Shown: positions 1-15,155, counted from the stretch's first letter. The stretch: 64,000 nucleotides of DNA from Syncephalis fuscata S228 (GCA_025786725.1 JAHLTZ010000005.1:682001-746000); one strand, 5' to 3'. Numbers and translations are program-made. The notes: generated by a model from the letters alone, not told the origin.

Positions 1-552
1 TACTCGGTAACGAAAAACAGGCCAAAAGCTATTTGACATGTGAGAAAATAAGGCCAGCTTCTTTATTTTGGTAAGCAATATTTATCGGATAAATTCCACG
101 TTTATTATTGTTACACAGGTGAGATTTTTGTATGCAAAAACTCACCGGCTATGCTAACAGTAATTGAGGTTTGATCAAAAAATGACACTTTCAGCTTACT
201 CGGATAACAAATCTATACTGGAATATACGAATTTAATTCAACAAACACTTGGCTGAACATCAAACTTAAATATCTAATATTCTTACTGATACCCTTTCTT
301 TTCTACCATAATAATCATTCTATAGATTGAGCATCACATCTAATTAATTAATTAATCATTAAGTACTTAAATTATTATTATAATAATAATAATAACAGCC
401 ATTATGCTTTACTCTATTGTATTAACCAAATATTTATTTATTTCATACTCTGTTTTGCAACAGCATAGCATAATGCGTGTTGTGTAGCCATCAATGGTGA
501 CTTGAGTAATAAAGCATAAAAAGAAATTAATTGAATACATATAGGCAAAACA

Positions 553-1873
553 TCAACCAATAACTCGACTGTAATTTGCCAACTCTTCATCGTGGATTAG
601 TCGTTCATAGCAATTTTTGTCGATGCTAATACAAACTTCAAAACCGCGCTGAAGTTTTGGAATGGTGGCATATCAAGAATACATACTAGAGCTACGGCTG
701 AACTCATAAAACATCTGCAACGAGTGGGTATCCCATAGCCGAAATCTTTTCATAATAGCCAAACTTTGACCAATCTGTATTGCATAGTCTGCGTACGGAT
801 CCCAGTTAGCAAGTCTTTCGGTCAATGTTGCTGTCCAGTAATTTCTGCTTCACTAAGCCATTGTTCTTTTGTACTGGATTTGGCGACAAGATTGCTTGGC
901 GGTTTTTTATTGCTAAGCTGCCTAATGAGCAGCGGGTCATTTCTCCGGCCGTTATGAAGATCTTGGAATGATATAATGCATTTCCAAAATAGTTGTCTGG
1001 TATGCCTGGAAAACAGGAACGCATGTTAATAGCAGCCTGTTCGATTAATAACTGATCAGCACTTATTTTTCGTGCTCTTGTAATGGCGCGCAAAGATAAT
1101 GCAACAACGGCATCCATAGTTGATAACCAATATTTGTTTCTTTCTTCAGCGGTAAGTGATTCAATAGCATCTTCTTTTAATGCTGCAAGATTTTCTGGCG
1201 TAAATTGAAAAATAATCCTTCTTTAGCTGATTTCTTGCTGATTGAAGTGCACAATGCACTTCTTTTCTGCGCTCTTCCTGTTGCTGCAATTCAGTGGGTT
1301 TTGGGTCAAGCATTAGTAGTCGACGATCGCCTGTAGGCAATGGCGGATTTTTACCACGCACAAATGCCGCCCAATCTTTAATAAAAAGCATAGAAGCAAG
1401 TCCATCGGCAACATAATGATGGCAGGCGACGCTTACCGCCACGCCAGAGTTGTTGGCATAGCGAGTTACTTTCACACCAAGTATGGGCTGTTTCTCAGAT
1501 TGAGGCCCTTGAATGGCTTGTAAATCGTTTGTTATAGTATGTTGTGGCCAATCCGGTTCAAATATCGAAATATCATCACCAGAAAAAGCCTCAGTAAAAA
1601 GTACACCCTTGGTTGAAGGTTGCACCTCGAATTCTCCGTCATCACGAAGCTTCAAATGTCCATAAAGAATGGGATAGTTTAGTAGCGTTTTTTTGAGACC
1701 TTGAATTAGCCGATCAGTTGGCATAAAATCGGATGCATGATCGTGGTTTTTATAAAAAAAGAACTGGTGTGGATACATTGGTATTGGAAAGTGGTCGGCA
1801 TGATTTAGACGATATATCTGTTTCGCATGATTACTGTTGGGCGATAGCCATATTTCTTGCTGGACACAATCAT
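553..1873 (-). CDS. BAHD/transferase-family (PF02458, Tri101-like) acyl-CoA acyltransferase, intronless, several frameshifts
   Basis: ORF 1161-1778 has HXXXD motif CHHYVADG. ORF 806-1117 has NYFGNA. Further downstream frames give TDWSKFGYY..DFGYG (DFGWG-like) and end RVIG* at 553. Probable ATG at 1873. Confidence 0.85.
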
Positions 1874-2917
1874 ATTTAAGCAGCAGATTAATAACAAGTG
1901 TAATTAACTACAAAACAACAATAACGACACTATCAATTGTTTATAAATAATAGATACAAAAGCATGCAAGCTTTATAGACTGCATGTTTTTATAAGTCAA
2001 AAAAGGGATGCATTGTTATGCTTTAACTAACATATTAGGGGAATCCAACAAGAGGAGGTGCGGGTGAGGAGGGGTCAACCAATATTGGATATTATTATGC
2101 AAATACTATCTTAAAGCTTATATGCATATTGGAATGTACACAACCTCTTTCTTTATTGTAAATATTATGCACATAGTACATCCAAACGACAATGAATTAT
2201 CCAAACTATTTTGTTATAATGTTTTGCATTATTTGTATTTTTACTTTAGTAGATGATAATTATAAGCTTAGATACAAGATTATTTATGAGTTATACCAAA
2301 AAATAAACAATTGTATTTTTGGTTACTAAACAAACTTAAACAATGTATTCTCTAACACGTATAAATCATAAATATAATCAAAATCAAATGTTTATAATTG
2401 TACGTAAATTCATAATATCAACAATGCATAGGCAATACTGTTGTATTTTTATATTTAATATTTTAAATGATGAGTCGCTAATAGTAAATGTATTCCAATA
2501 TTTACTTGCAGTGCATGTGTGCTGAATAGTAGTAACTATAATTCATGTATTTTATGATTTTGGCACATTATAATGCCCCAATTTAAAAAACATAACTGCA
2601 AATATATTCTATTAAACTATAAATACGTAGGCCATAGCGTACACGAAAACCGTATGGCATGACTGGCACCATTGGTGATAATTGGCTATCGTGTGCCACA
2701 TGCACTAACATGCGACTTTTCATACTGCAGTCTCAGCTTTTGTCACGCGATGCAACTCATACTTCGCCCTTGTATTGTCTTATATTAGAGCTGTTTATTC
2801 AGTCGTGTGCAACAATTATCATTTATACTAGTCTTACATTGAAGTTTTTTATTTCCAACAGCTTTTATTAATCGTGGTTTGTTAATTTCTGGTGCAACTG
2901 TAATTTTTGATTAAAAC

Positions 2918-4695
2918 ATGTCAGTTCAGTTGATAGATAAGTGTCCCGACGTTGCCGGTATTAATAATGGCATTCGGGAACTTAGAAAAGATAAATCCAA
3001 ATTATCATTCGACAGCTCTACAAACCATTCATTAAAAAGTAGCCACCAAGAGACAGCTCCCATGCTAGATGCACACTTATCATATGTCGACAATGTATTT
3101 ATACAGCTTGAAAATCCTGAACGCAACTGTGGTGTATCTTCGATTATATCGGTCGAAGGAGATGTTCAACCAGATACTATGCTTGCTCTATTAGAAAGAT
3201 TATGCAAAGAACAGCCAAAATTTCGAATGCGATGTATTTCGGAACATTTTGGAAAAGGTCTCGTTGGCAAAATATGAATGCAGATACAATTACAAACCTG
3301 GTCGGACATAATGAAAAAAGCAAATCGCTTGCATGTTCATGGACTGCTAAGGATAACTTTTTTGTCACTCAACTAAACGCCAACTATGCCTCTAGCAGTA
3401 TTGATCCAATTGGTGATGAAGCTAATGAACACCAATTAATTGAAGATAAACTAAGTAGATTTATTGCTGAACCTTTTAATGCAAATCTACCTCTATGGCG
3501 TCTACTATTGATACGCAATGTATCGAACAATCGTTCAATAATCGGCTTAGTTGCACATCATTGTATGGCGGATGGCCAAGGTTTTGCCCATGCTCTTATA
3601 TCGTTAATGTCAAATGGCAATAGTCAAACTGCTTCACCAACATTGAAGCAGTCCAGTGCTACTTTATCCACTTTAAACACTGAGCCTTTATTACAAGAAA
3701 ACAAAGAAAGCTATCCAATTGACTATTGGACTCAATGTACCGCAGCAATAGTGCATTTTTCAGCAATAATATACTCGCAATTATCGCATGCATTGCTGCT
3801 ATTTGGCTATTTTCTGTTAGAACTATGGTATTCTACCATAATGTTGTTACGTCAGATTTGTTTCAGTCGACACAGTTTCCGCTATTATCAGGCGGAAATG
3901 CGGCCAAAACGCGTCGCATGGTCAAAAGCTATCTCCATGGACAATATCAAACTTATTAGAACGGCGAATCCAGGCGCCACGCTGAACGATATTATTTTGG
4001 CATGTGTTAACGCTCCTTTACCGCCTATTTAGATTTACTTGATCAAAATACGGATGATCAAGTCGTACGAAACCATTATCGCGATACTCTGCTTAACTTG
4101 ATTATTCCAATCGGATTTCGTGCACCTAATGATAATCGATTTGAAAATCTCGCTAGTGTTGAATTTCTACTGCTTCCTTTTTACCATCGACCGCGTCTAC
4201 CGCACTGGCCATTCAGAATGCTCATAAGCATATGTCCCGTGTAAAACTGACAAAAATTGCTCTTGGACTAAAGCTACTTGCTTCGGTGCTTACCAAGTTA
4301 CGTATCAGCTATTTACCATCAGCATAGTAAGTTATATAGAAATAGATTGGCAATATACATATATATATATACATAAAACTTATTTATTTAGTATTGGCAA
4401 AGCTGTTCTTAATCGACACGGTATCTTGACAAATATTCCTGGTCCAACGACACCACTGTATATTGGCGATAAAAATGAACAACATAAAGTTATATCGTAC
4501 GCTTTATATCCGCCGGCCATTGGAAATGGCGCAGTAAGTATGGGTATTTCTTCATATAACGGAAATGTTGTATTTAGTGCACTGGCCGACGATGCACCAG
4601 AGTATCCAGATCAGGCACGCCAACTGGTAGATGGTGTTTATAAAGCATTTGAAATAATGCTTGCCGACTCACGTAGTCTACTTGAATTGCAATAA
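2918..4695 (+). CDS. Wax ester synthase / diacylglycerol acyltransferase (WS/DGAT)
   Basis: HHxxxDG motif AHHCMADGQG, PLWR motif, GATLNDIILAC, and C-terminal TNIPGP...GISSYNG block. One intron ~4327-4391. Frameshifts near 3260 and 4020. Confidence 0.85.
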
Positions 4696-4830
4696 ATATA
4701 AAAGTATTAGCTTTAACCAAACATTTTAATTACAACATAATATCGTTTGTTGATTCCAAATGTATTATTATTATTTGATATCATTTATTGCTATGGATTT
4801 ATTGTTTATTAAATAATATAAATGGTCCAC

Positions 4831-7800
4831 CTAGGTGGTTAGCACCGAATTAAGCAACCATGGTGATTTAAACAATGCTCGTTGTAATTCTCGGCGTGCG
4901 CGACCATCCTCGTTGGTACTTGCAGTTTTAATATCAGGTATACTAAAAGCACACGCTATGTCAGTATTGGAGGATACACCAGGCGCTGCCGGTAGGACAG
5001 GAAACGTTGTAAGTATATCGGCTACCGATCGACGTGCCTCAATCGATGTAATCTCAAATTCAGCCAGTAAAGCGTGAAGACGTGCCCAGAATACTGCTGT
5101 GCCTGGATGACGATGAATTGATTTGGCCAGAGCACGGCGTGCTAATTCTGTACTTCCCTATCGCTAGCCATTAGGAATAGCAATAGTGCCGTATATATCA
5201 CTTACCTGAATGATGGCAAATCGACTTTTAAGATAATCCGCAATAGCTAAAGTATCTAGTTCATCTAGATTTTTGTTAACATAATTAAAAATAGAAAAAA
5301 GCTAAACTTACCTATAGTATCGATTGGCAGCCTTACAAGCTCTCCTAGTGCTGTCGTAGCTAATGTAGCGTCGTCACTCACTAGGCCAATGACGAATAGG
5401 CAAGTAATGGCGTCCAAATTGGTATTTTCACCCAAACTATAGCATTGCATTAAAGCCGACAATTATAGTTAAAATAAATTAAAACTTACATACTAAACAG
5501 TTGCTGTTTAGCCAGTTCCTGGTGTTCTGGCGTGCCTAGTGCCCAAAGTACCTGTGCTAGCCATAACACAACTTGAGCTCGTTGTGTCTCATGATTTGCA
5601 GCTAGTGTTAATGCTTTTTCAAAAGCACTTAGGCTGTCCTCTAACTTGTTACAGAAGAACTGAGTTATTCCCCGTACAACCGATCCAATAGCCGTTGTAT
5701 CTGATCCGTCCTTATCAATACTATCTAACTGGATAATACATTTAAAGCCTCAGGGAACCGGTGCAAAGCACTTAGTAGACGAGCCCGATTACATTGTAAT
5801 GCATGCTGTATATGTTTAGCATCAACTATCGATGTCTTGTCGGTAGCTGATTTATCCTCAGCTGATAAAGAAGATGATATAGTGGTGATAGCCGTATCAT
5901 TTGCTAAAAGTGCCCGATCATGCAATTGAGACCATTCTAGTAAAAGAGTGTACAAATTCCATGCTGCCGTATCATCAGGTTGGCCTTCCAGATGTTTACG
6001 TAATGCAAATAATGGATTTGATGTAGTATTGGTGTCTGATTTTAACCATTCACGCGATAAACCATGAACCGCTTCAGCCTATTACAATAATTAGCATTAA
6101 TTATTAAAACTGTATCTACTTACACTTATACCACCCGCCAAATCTAAAGCATGTTCAAATAGCCTTAGACTTTCTGTAGTATTATCTGACTGCACCAATA
6201 AAGCACGTCCAATCCAGGCCGACACACACTCCGGATCGAGTGTTTGTGCCGTGGTAAATGCCTCTTTCGCTAGATCCACATCCGATTGATATAAACACAA
6301 ATAGCCGTAGTTTGTCCATGGCCGTGGATCCTAGTATTATCGATTAGCTTGCTTTCATAATTACTATTCCCATTGTAGCGCTTTTACCTTATCGTCAAGT
6401 CGAATAGCTTGAATGAATGCATGTTGACTTATTCGTGCATCGATACGCATCATGTAAACACCTAGTAGATTCCATAGACATGCACTATCTGCTTTATGCC
6501 TTATACCGGATCGAGCACAATCAATAGCCGCCTTTAACAAATGCTCTGATCGTCCTAATAAAAAGTGTAGACGATAAAACGCCAATGATAAATCGTTGCA
6601 CAGTTCGGTATCGTTCCAGTCTTGCATGGCATGCGTGTAAGATAAAATGGCCATTTGTGTTATAGCCGAACGAAATGATGCCGTATCGTGCCATTGCCAT
6701 ACTTCTAATCCATCATCAATATCAACAGTTGCCGTATTTAATTGTTCCAGTGTCCATGTCTGTAAATTAGTTGGCTGTGCCTTCATGCTTATCCACAATT
6801 GTTGTAATGTTTCCGATGAAAATGACGATGTATAAACACTTAGTTTTTCACCTAATAAACAAACATCACCGGCAGTCTTCCAAATACAGCCAAGTCGTTG
6901 TCGAGATGTCGCTAGCTTGGCAGCAATAGAAAGTGCACCTAATGCCTGTTGACAATCCTCTGCTGCCCTTCCATAGAATCCACTTGACCAATGATCACGC
7001 GATGCCACCGCATAAGCATCGGCCAACCCAACCCAAGCTGGCAGTAGTTTACGTTCATTTAATCTATCCCTTTCTGTCGTAGCCGTTTTCTTCTCGCCAT
7101 CCAATGCTTGTTTGTAACAAACAATGGCATCGGCATGCAATCCCAGTTTAATGTAAACTTCAGCCATGCCTAGTAGTGCTGGCATAGCTGTAACATCAAG
7201 ATCAACTGCTCGTTTATACGCTTTTACCGATGCTGTGTAGCGGCCCTGTCGCATATAGGCCTCGCCTAAACCTTCCCAAGAAGCAGCGTCGTTACTATCG
7301 TCACGAAGTGCCCGTTGGAAACTATTGATAGCCTCTGTACTTCTGGCCGATTGCTATAATGAATTAGACACTTGAAAGCATATATTATGAATGCCTACCA
7401 ATTCTAGCATACCCAATCGACGCCATATCCAGCCGGCCCGAACAGATAGCTGAGTAAGATGACGAAGTAACGCTTCGGCCGCATCGGTCTGTTCAGTAGT
7501 GAGTAGATGCGCAGAAAGATATCGGGCTGCTTCTAGATCCTCTGGATCCATTGTATATGCTTTTTGATAGCATTTAATTGCTCGTGATTCATCCAATTCA
7601 ATGGTGCGGTAATAGTGACCCAAATACGTAAAAGCATTGGAAATGCCTAACTGAGCCGCTTGTATAAACTGTGTATACGCATATTGCTTATCCGTTCGAT
7701 GCTCATCTATAATACAAATATTTAAGCTTTAATCTCTATTTAATCTATACTAATTTACCTTGTAATTCCCAATAGATCTTGCCTAAAAGAAATGGGAACG

Positions 7801-9861
7801 TGCCTGAGGATCAGCCTCAATAGCTGTCAATAAGTACTGAATACCCTCCTGACTATTGCCAAGACGATGCATTGTCCAACCAAGTTGTACAAGAATATCC
7901 ATACGATCTGGATCTAATTGATTTGCTTTTTCCAATGCAGTCAATGCTTCTTTAAGCTGGTTTTGCTGCAACAAGACTGAGCCTTTTCCCTATCCATCAT
8001 CTATTATTACACTTGTAACATTAAATAATATCGTTAATACTCACAAAAAGTGATTCAACATCATCCGGCTTTGTTTCTAGTAATTCTTGATAAATGTCCA
8101 ATGCTTCTGTTCCCGTGTAAATACCCAATTCTTTTAAGCAATGAGCCATACACAAGCGAATAGATCGATAGACACTAATTTGATTACAGTTAATAATTAA
8201 TAAACAATGACTTTAATAAACTTACAAATTCAATGGACGACCAGTAGTAGTTGTGCAATGGTCTATTATAGCAAGTGCTTCTACACATTTATCTTTCCCA
8301 GTAGTGTAATCACCATAATAATAACAAGCCCATACGAAACTATGCACCACCATAATATGCTCTTCAAACAGCTTTTCTGCCAAAGACTATGCCTTATAAA
8401 TAAATAAATATTATTAATTAATATTGCACCTACTGTTATTACTTTAAATGATTCATCTGTAATCTCATCTGTAGCTATCCAGTCTAAATACCATTGATAA
8501 GCTTTACTAATATCTGAATCATTGTCTAATTCCGTATATTGTTGTAATAATTGACTATCATAAGCACCTAATGTTTATATATTAGCCTACTTTCTATCAA
8601 GTTTAATACAACTAACCAACATCGTCAATATTTGCATTATCTATTAGTAATTGAAGTGCCCGTGTTGTAGGTGCCACTTTTACAATATGATTAACTAACT
8701 GATCTAATTCATGACGTATCTAATTACATAGTGTTTATATTAATTATTATTATTATTATTATTAATAGCTGTTACTTCAATGGCTTACTTTTTCTTTATC
8801 ATTGGCTGGCGTTATTGGTAATCTATCGGCGAGTCTCTCCAAATAAGCAGATTCAACGTTTATCTTTTTCTGATCATCTTGTTCTAATGCTAATACTTGT
8901 CGATAGTATTCCTCTAACTAAACTACTATTAATTATACTAAACTAAGTGTAGTTTTAGTTAATAAAACATACCTTGGACATTGATTGGATATCAGTCATA
9001 ACTTGTGCTTTAATCTGTGTTAATGTATTGGCACCAAGACGTCGTCGTCGTGTCTCTATTTCTCGTGTAATAAATGCTCTATCTTGCACCTCTTGTATTT
9101 CCATCATTGATCGCCATACTTTTAGTGGTGATGGCTTTTCTGTCACATTTTCAATGGCTGACCAATACGGACTGCCAGGTAAATAAAGCTGCCATGTTTC
9201 CAACATCTGATCGATATTTAAATAAATTTATATTTTAAATCAATATTTAATTAGTTCATAATCCAAATAACTATTTAACAAATTTCTACCCACCAACAAT
9301 GGATCTTCTTGCTTTTCACGCATTAAACGCAATTTATCAAGTAGTTCTAGTAGACGGGAACCATTACCACTATCATATACAGACAATATTGGTAATAAGC
9401 AAGCCATACATACAATACCGTGTTACCTTTTACCTTTTGTTATATAGTTCTATTAAGTTCTGCAAAGCACTAGCAAGTTCCTCTTGTCTATCCTGTCGTT
9501 CATACAAATTGACTAGTCCCTGACACATTAAATATTGGTTACCAAAACAATCATCTATCTATATCAATACTTACTTGCCAGGCAACTGCCGAATCTGGTT
9601 GACTATCAAGTGCTCTCTTTAATGTCTCCTCGCATGATTCATACCGGCCTAGTTGAAATAGTGCTGCACCGGCCATAACACGTCTATCGCCTTGTGTTTA
9701 GACAAGAATCGGAATTGACGAATTAATACGTCACTCTACTTACGCGTTAATATTAAGCGATTCAAAAAGCAGTATACTCTCGCAGATTCTTAGCGCATCC
9801 TGGTATCGCTTAGCGCCATCGCCTCTTTCGCTCGCTTCAAATCAGCTTTAGTGTTGCTCAT
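4831..9861 (-). CDS. SKI3: Superkiller complex TPR subunit Ski3 (TTC37-like), multi-exon
   Basis: N-terminus MSNTKADLKRAKEA, ETRRRRLGA motif, many TPR helices (LGHYYR..DESRAIKCYQKA; WEGLGEAYMRQGRYTASVKAY; AFTTAQTLDPECVSAWIG), C-terminal ALFKSPW. About 15 short GT-AG introns. Confidence 0.85.
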
Positions 9862-9991
9862 TGTGGCAAAATATATCGATAAACTAACTATCCTTCTATT
9901 CATCTCGACTGCCACCTATTCATTAAATTACTAATTAGAACTAATTAAGTTCTAATTGTATCAAATCATTTTATTATTCACACTACTTGAT

Positions 9992-10091
9992 ATCACATGA
10001 TCATCATGTGGTCTAAGCTGATAGTAACGCTGAAAGAAAGAAAGATATATAGTAGGTTGGTGCGTCTATCAGTACATGAAGTACACGTGAC
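9992..10091. promoter_or_regulatory. Two CDEI-type E-boxes (RTCACRTG) in the divergent SKI3/CBF1 promoter
   Basis: ATCACATG at 9992-9999 (+) and GTCACGTG at 10084-10091 (-). Both match the known Cbf1 binding consensus. Confidence 0.5.
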
Positions 10092-10367
10092 CACACTGTT
10101 CCAACGCCACTTCAACAACTTGTATCTTTGTTCGCTGTTATTGATTATTTGAACAACATAGTGTTGTTATTCTTTTGCTTGAAAACAACTTCTAGTGTGC
10201 GTGTGTACCACTCTGACATTAACGCTTTTCTTTACTTCTCATCTTAACAGCTTTTTTATTATTGCGCTTGCTGGTATTTCACAGTGGGATCTTGGCGTAT
10301 TACCTTTATAATTGGCAATTACGCGCACAAAACCTTGTGATTTGTTTGTTAGTCGATACAATACACA

Positions 10368-11415
10368 ATGTCGGTCGCCTCTAGTGCTATGGTGAGTGTG
10401 AACAGCACTATTAGTAAACAGATAGGCTAATACACGCTATAGGTTGCAGAATCGCATGCTGCACAAGCTGCCTTGTTATCTGAACAACACCATAGACAAC
10501 AACAGCAACAGCAACAGCAACAACATCAACATTCACAGCATGATAATGGACAACTAGCTGGAATACATCATATTATGCATCATACCTCCTCTGAATTGCA
10601 TGGTATGGATCCATCTGTTGCATTACAAGGGGAGGTAGCTGATCTTCACGGAGATCCAGCTATTATAGAATATACACAACGTCGACGCAATGGACGACGT
10701 GGGTAAGTATTTACACAAAAACTATTTATTTAAATTATATAATATTAATAATGAATGGATGAATGAAATATAGACCAGCTGCCGTATCGCCTAGTCCTAA
10801 GCCACCAGTGGGCTCTGCAGATTGGCATCGAGTGCGTCGAGAGAATCACAAAGAGGTGGAACGTCGTAGGAGAGAAGCAATCAACGAAGGTATTACCGCT
10901 TTGGCAAAAATTGTTCCTGGCTGTGAACGAGCAAAAGGATCCATTCTAGCTCGAGCTGCCGAGTATATCGAACAATTAAAGGAGACCTCTACGACAAATA
11001 TTGAGAAATGGACACTGGAGAAACTACTTACTGACCAAGCAATTAACGATCTTACACTGCAAGTAAATACGCTTGAAAAGGAAAAAGAACAATTAGAACA
11101 ACGGGTGGCTGAATTAGAGGCAATGGCTGCTTCATCTAGTCTATCAACCAGAATGGCTCAAGTTCATGACAGAAGAAACGATGGAGCACTTGATGATACA
11201 GAATACATTTACAGACTGACCCCACACTATCAGTTGAAAATGATGTAGAATTATCATCTAATGGCAATAATAGTAATGGCAATAGCAAGGCAGATACACT
11301 ATTAGTTGACACAGCAGTCAGTGGCAATCTTCGTCGACCACAACGTAAACACCCAGCCACCAGCGAAGTAACTGAGATAGCCGATTATCACGTAAGAAGC
11401 AGCATATCTAACTAA
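10368..11415 (+). CDS. CBF1: Cbf1-like bHLH-zip transcription factor with poly-Q/His N-terminus
   Basis: RRENHKEVERRRREAINEGI..KGSILARAAEYI..NIEKWTLEKLLTDQAI is the Cbf1 signature. Introns 10392-10442 and ~10703-10773. A frameshift near 11205 extends the frame to TAA at 11415. Confidence 0.8.
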
Positions 11416-11781
11416 CGACCATGGTTGTGTTCATAGCGCAATCGTAGATTGTATCACAAGCAAGCAATTTAAGTCGTTTCTGCTCTTTGTTTTCATGTTA
11501 TTTGAATTTTGGTAGCTTTTACGGCTGCATTTTATTTCAATTTCCTATTCACTTTCACACTTTCGCTTATTTATCTCTATTTTTATCTTAATTTGTTTAT
11601 TAAGATGGATTATAAAGAGATATTTATATATATATTTACACACATACACATACATACATACATACACACAGATAATAATATATTCATTATTATTACTTGT
11701 TAAACACTCGAGTATTATCATTATGAAAAGAGAAACAACATGATGGTAGATGTTATATTTCAGATATCAAATAGTTGGTAT

Positions 11782-12672
11782 TTAATCGTGCTTTTGCGAT
11801 GATTCATTCGATAATGGCACTTGTTCCGCAGCTGACTGTTCCTGGTTAGGACCATGATATTTATGATTCACAAAATTAAACCATGGAATGCATCTACAAT
11901 TATCATATAATATAGTATAGTATATATAATATTATTATAGTAAAGTTAGCACAACAATTATTAATACAAATATCAATACAACTTACCAAATTTAAGTGCA
12001 GCATATTGCGAGTTACTAGCTGCCATTGTTTGTAAATGTTCACTTAGCATTGAATCACCATGAGCTTGTTTTCCATCACGTATTCTTTTTTGCATATATT
12101 CACGGTACAAATGGCCTCTCGTTCATTTTCTGTCCAGCCCCAGAATCTTACTATTATATTAATTAATTAATTAATTAATATTATAATTATTATAATTTAA
12201 CTAGTTCACTTACAGCTAGAACGTTGATAAGCAAGTAGAAAACCACCTAAAGCACCAAGTACACCAGCAACACGAAGCGCTGGTGCCATACCACGTGGCA
12301 TGGGTGGTGTTGGATTAATTCTTTCTATATTATTAATTAAATAAATAAATATTAATAGACTACTAATGTATACTTTAACAGCTGACGCGTTCTATATTAA
12401 TATATCTATCTACTACTCCTCCTATAGCTGTTACAGCTATGATTCTAGGAAGTATATTGATTATATCGCTAATCCATATAATCATGACGCAGACTAGCCA
12501 TTAATACTCCATTTAATCATAGCTTACCCAAAAAGACTAAAGCACTTGGAAATCCAAGTATACTAAGCGACCAATAAGCATAATCGCTTAGACGGAAAGA
12601 ACGACATACAACCCCGAATGTTGGATCGGTGTCAATCACCGGATAAGGTGTATTGATTTGTTGTTCAGGCAT
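11782..12672 (-). CDS. NUXM: Mitochondrial complex I 21 kDa (20.9 kDa) accessory subunit NUXM, 4 exons, absent from ORF track
   Basis: Spliced translation MPEQQINTPYPVIDTDPTFGVVCRSFRLSDY.. / ..GALGGFLLAYQRSS / LRFWGWTENERE..MAASNSQYAALKF / ..FNFVNHKYHG matches fungal NUXM motifs. Confidence 0.85.
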
Positions 12673-12989
12673 GGATGACAAAAGCACGACAATAGAATAA
12701 AGATGGTGTTGTTGTTAAAGAAAAGGATCGGGTTTATAGTGAAGGCTAGTTATCTGCTTGTTATTACCTATAGTTGCTACTACAACTACAACTATGATCT
12801 ACAACTACAATCACCGCTTTATGAGTATTCATCAATAAATCAAACTGGATTAATACAAATCAATTCGAGTCAAATTATTTTATTTTTATTTTTATCGATA
12901 AAATAAATAGACTTTTTCAAAATACCTATTGACATAGTGCCAATTACTCTTTATTGATCTTATTATTGCTATCATTGCTATTATTCGTA

Positions 12990-15115
12990 ATGGTTACCGC
13001 TGTTATGGAACGAGAAGAAAAGTTTAAAGAAGATACGGCGAGTGATAGCAAGAAACGACGGCTATCGAGTATTTTAACGCCTAGTTGGACTAGTCCAGAC
13101 ACGACAAAATCACCTACCCCAATAGTATTACCAACTATGACAAAACCATTAATATGGACGCCTAAACGAGCAAATCAATCTAATGGCAGCAATGATAATG
13201 TGCCGTACACAGCAGCCGATGAGGCTCGTTTTAAGAAATTAAAAGAATTTTGTAAGGATACGGTGCCCGACTCATTTCTTCATGCTTGCTTTAAAGCTGG
13301 CTATGACACGCAAACAGCCATTACTGCAATGAATGTCAATTTATCCGATAAACGATGCGATTTCAAGTTAATCGAACGTTACAACAATCATCAGTTACCG
13401 CCTGGTCATAAACAAGCATTTGCTCGTTTTGTCAACGATGTCAATAAGAAACAGACATCAAGTGTAAAAAAGTCGTCAACTTTATCTAAATCAAAACGAA
13501 AACATAATCAAATTGATGGCAAGGTAGACTGTGGATTGTTTATGAATACTAATTAGTATTAACTAACTATTTAATATATGTGTTATATGAATTATATTAA
13601 AGCCTTCAAAGAGCTCCAGCAAGAAAGCGGCTAAACAAGCTAATTCAAGGCAAAGCAATTCACCTGCAGCACACGTATCAAAGGTAAGTCATAACTATAA
13701 TATCTACCAACGACTAACAATCAATAATAGAAACAAAAACGTAAAAATAAAAATAAAACAGATACAGCGGATGAAAGTACGAGGTTAACGATCAATCCAG
13801 TAATGATATGGTAAGTCATTCATAATTGTAATAAAATATATCTTAATTCTATATTATTCAGAGTTTTGAAGTTAGTAATTTAGATCAACCATCACTTGAA
13901 TCCACCATAGCACATGATCAGGATAAGGTAATGATTAGTGTAGATTAAATAATTAGTGTACTAATAATAGTAACAATAATTAGAGCAATAAAAAGAAAAA
14001 AGCAAAAAGAACAAAAAGAAGGAGAAACAAACAACAGCAACGAGTTAAGGTAATTAAGAATACAAAGATAAAAAATAATTATTAATCAGTAATATAGATG
14101 TTAACTGATTCAGATATCGAAATGCAGTCAGTATCAAAATCAAAATCAAAAGTAATCAAAGAAGTAAAATTAGAACAGAATGAAAAAGTACGTATTTATT
14201 GATATTAGTTTGACAGTTATTAATAAACTGTAGACAGCAATATCTACTAGTTCTATAAACCCTTCCACAGCCACAATAATTGAATCCAATACTGTAGACC
14301 AAGATGCTGCACTTGAACTATTAACTGTATCAACCAATTCAAACACTAATAACAACGATAGCAGTAGTGATAACAGCAGTGATGAAATTAAACAAGAAAA
14401 TAACATAGGATTAGAAAGTCAATACACACAGATAGTAGTACGACATTAAAGCTAAAAGTAAATTAATAACATCAACAAATGAGACTGTAGCGAGTAGTAG
14501 CGATGGTGTAGTAGTAATAGTAGCGACAGTAGCGACAGTAGCAGTGATGAAGAAAGTGACGAAAAGAGCGACATTGGTCCATTAAATGCACTAATAGATG
14601 ATTCAAATACAGCACACAAGTCTATGACATCTACTAAGAAGAACACTGAAGATGGTAGTTTAAATGAACATGTTGATCAAGATAGAAGAGCCCGTATTGC
14701 ACTGGCTGCTGATGCTCTAGTGATTATGGCATCGACTAATTATAACAGTATTAAGCCACGACGAGCAGTAACTACACTTAGTCAAATGGTATCATCAGGG
14801 CAATATAATCCATTGACTACTCGTACAAATACATTGAATAGTGAACCAGGCCATAGTAAAGCGATAACAAAAGATAAGACTATCAATACAGCTTTGCCTT
14901 CATCTGACGAAGAAGAAGAGGACGACGACGAAGAGATGGAAGAAGCAGCGCCTAACAACGACCAATCCAATAGTGAATCAGATACATCAAGCGACTCTTC
15001 CTCCTCTGACGATGATGATATGCCTATTAACCAGTTAAAACTACGTATAGCTGGACAAAGAACTACTCGAAAACGTCGTGGTGATCTGTTTGATCTTGCC
15101 AATGATATGAAATAA
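12990..15115 (+). CDS. Hypothetical low-complexity K/S/D/E-rich protein, multi-exon, possibly nucleolar
   Basis: ORFs 12954-13556 and 14624-15115 are joined by small exons with GT-AG introns (13523-14230). Acidic Ser tracts, basic clusters, C-terminus RKRRGDLFDLANDMK. Confidence 0.55.
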
Positions 15116-15155
15116 TGTATTGCCATAATAAACTTTATTAAATGCTTATATAACT

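Noticed and set aside
1-260. Possible terminal exons of an upstream gene (gtaagc...acag)
   Set aside because: Too short, with no recognisable protein motif.
13170-13350. Possible CUE/UBA-like helical domain and Net1/Dnt1-like C-terminus in the low-complexity protein
   Set aside because: Resemblance too weak to call without a profile search.
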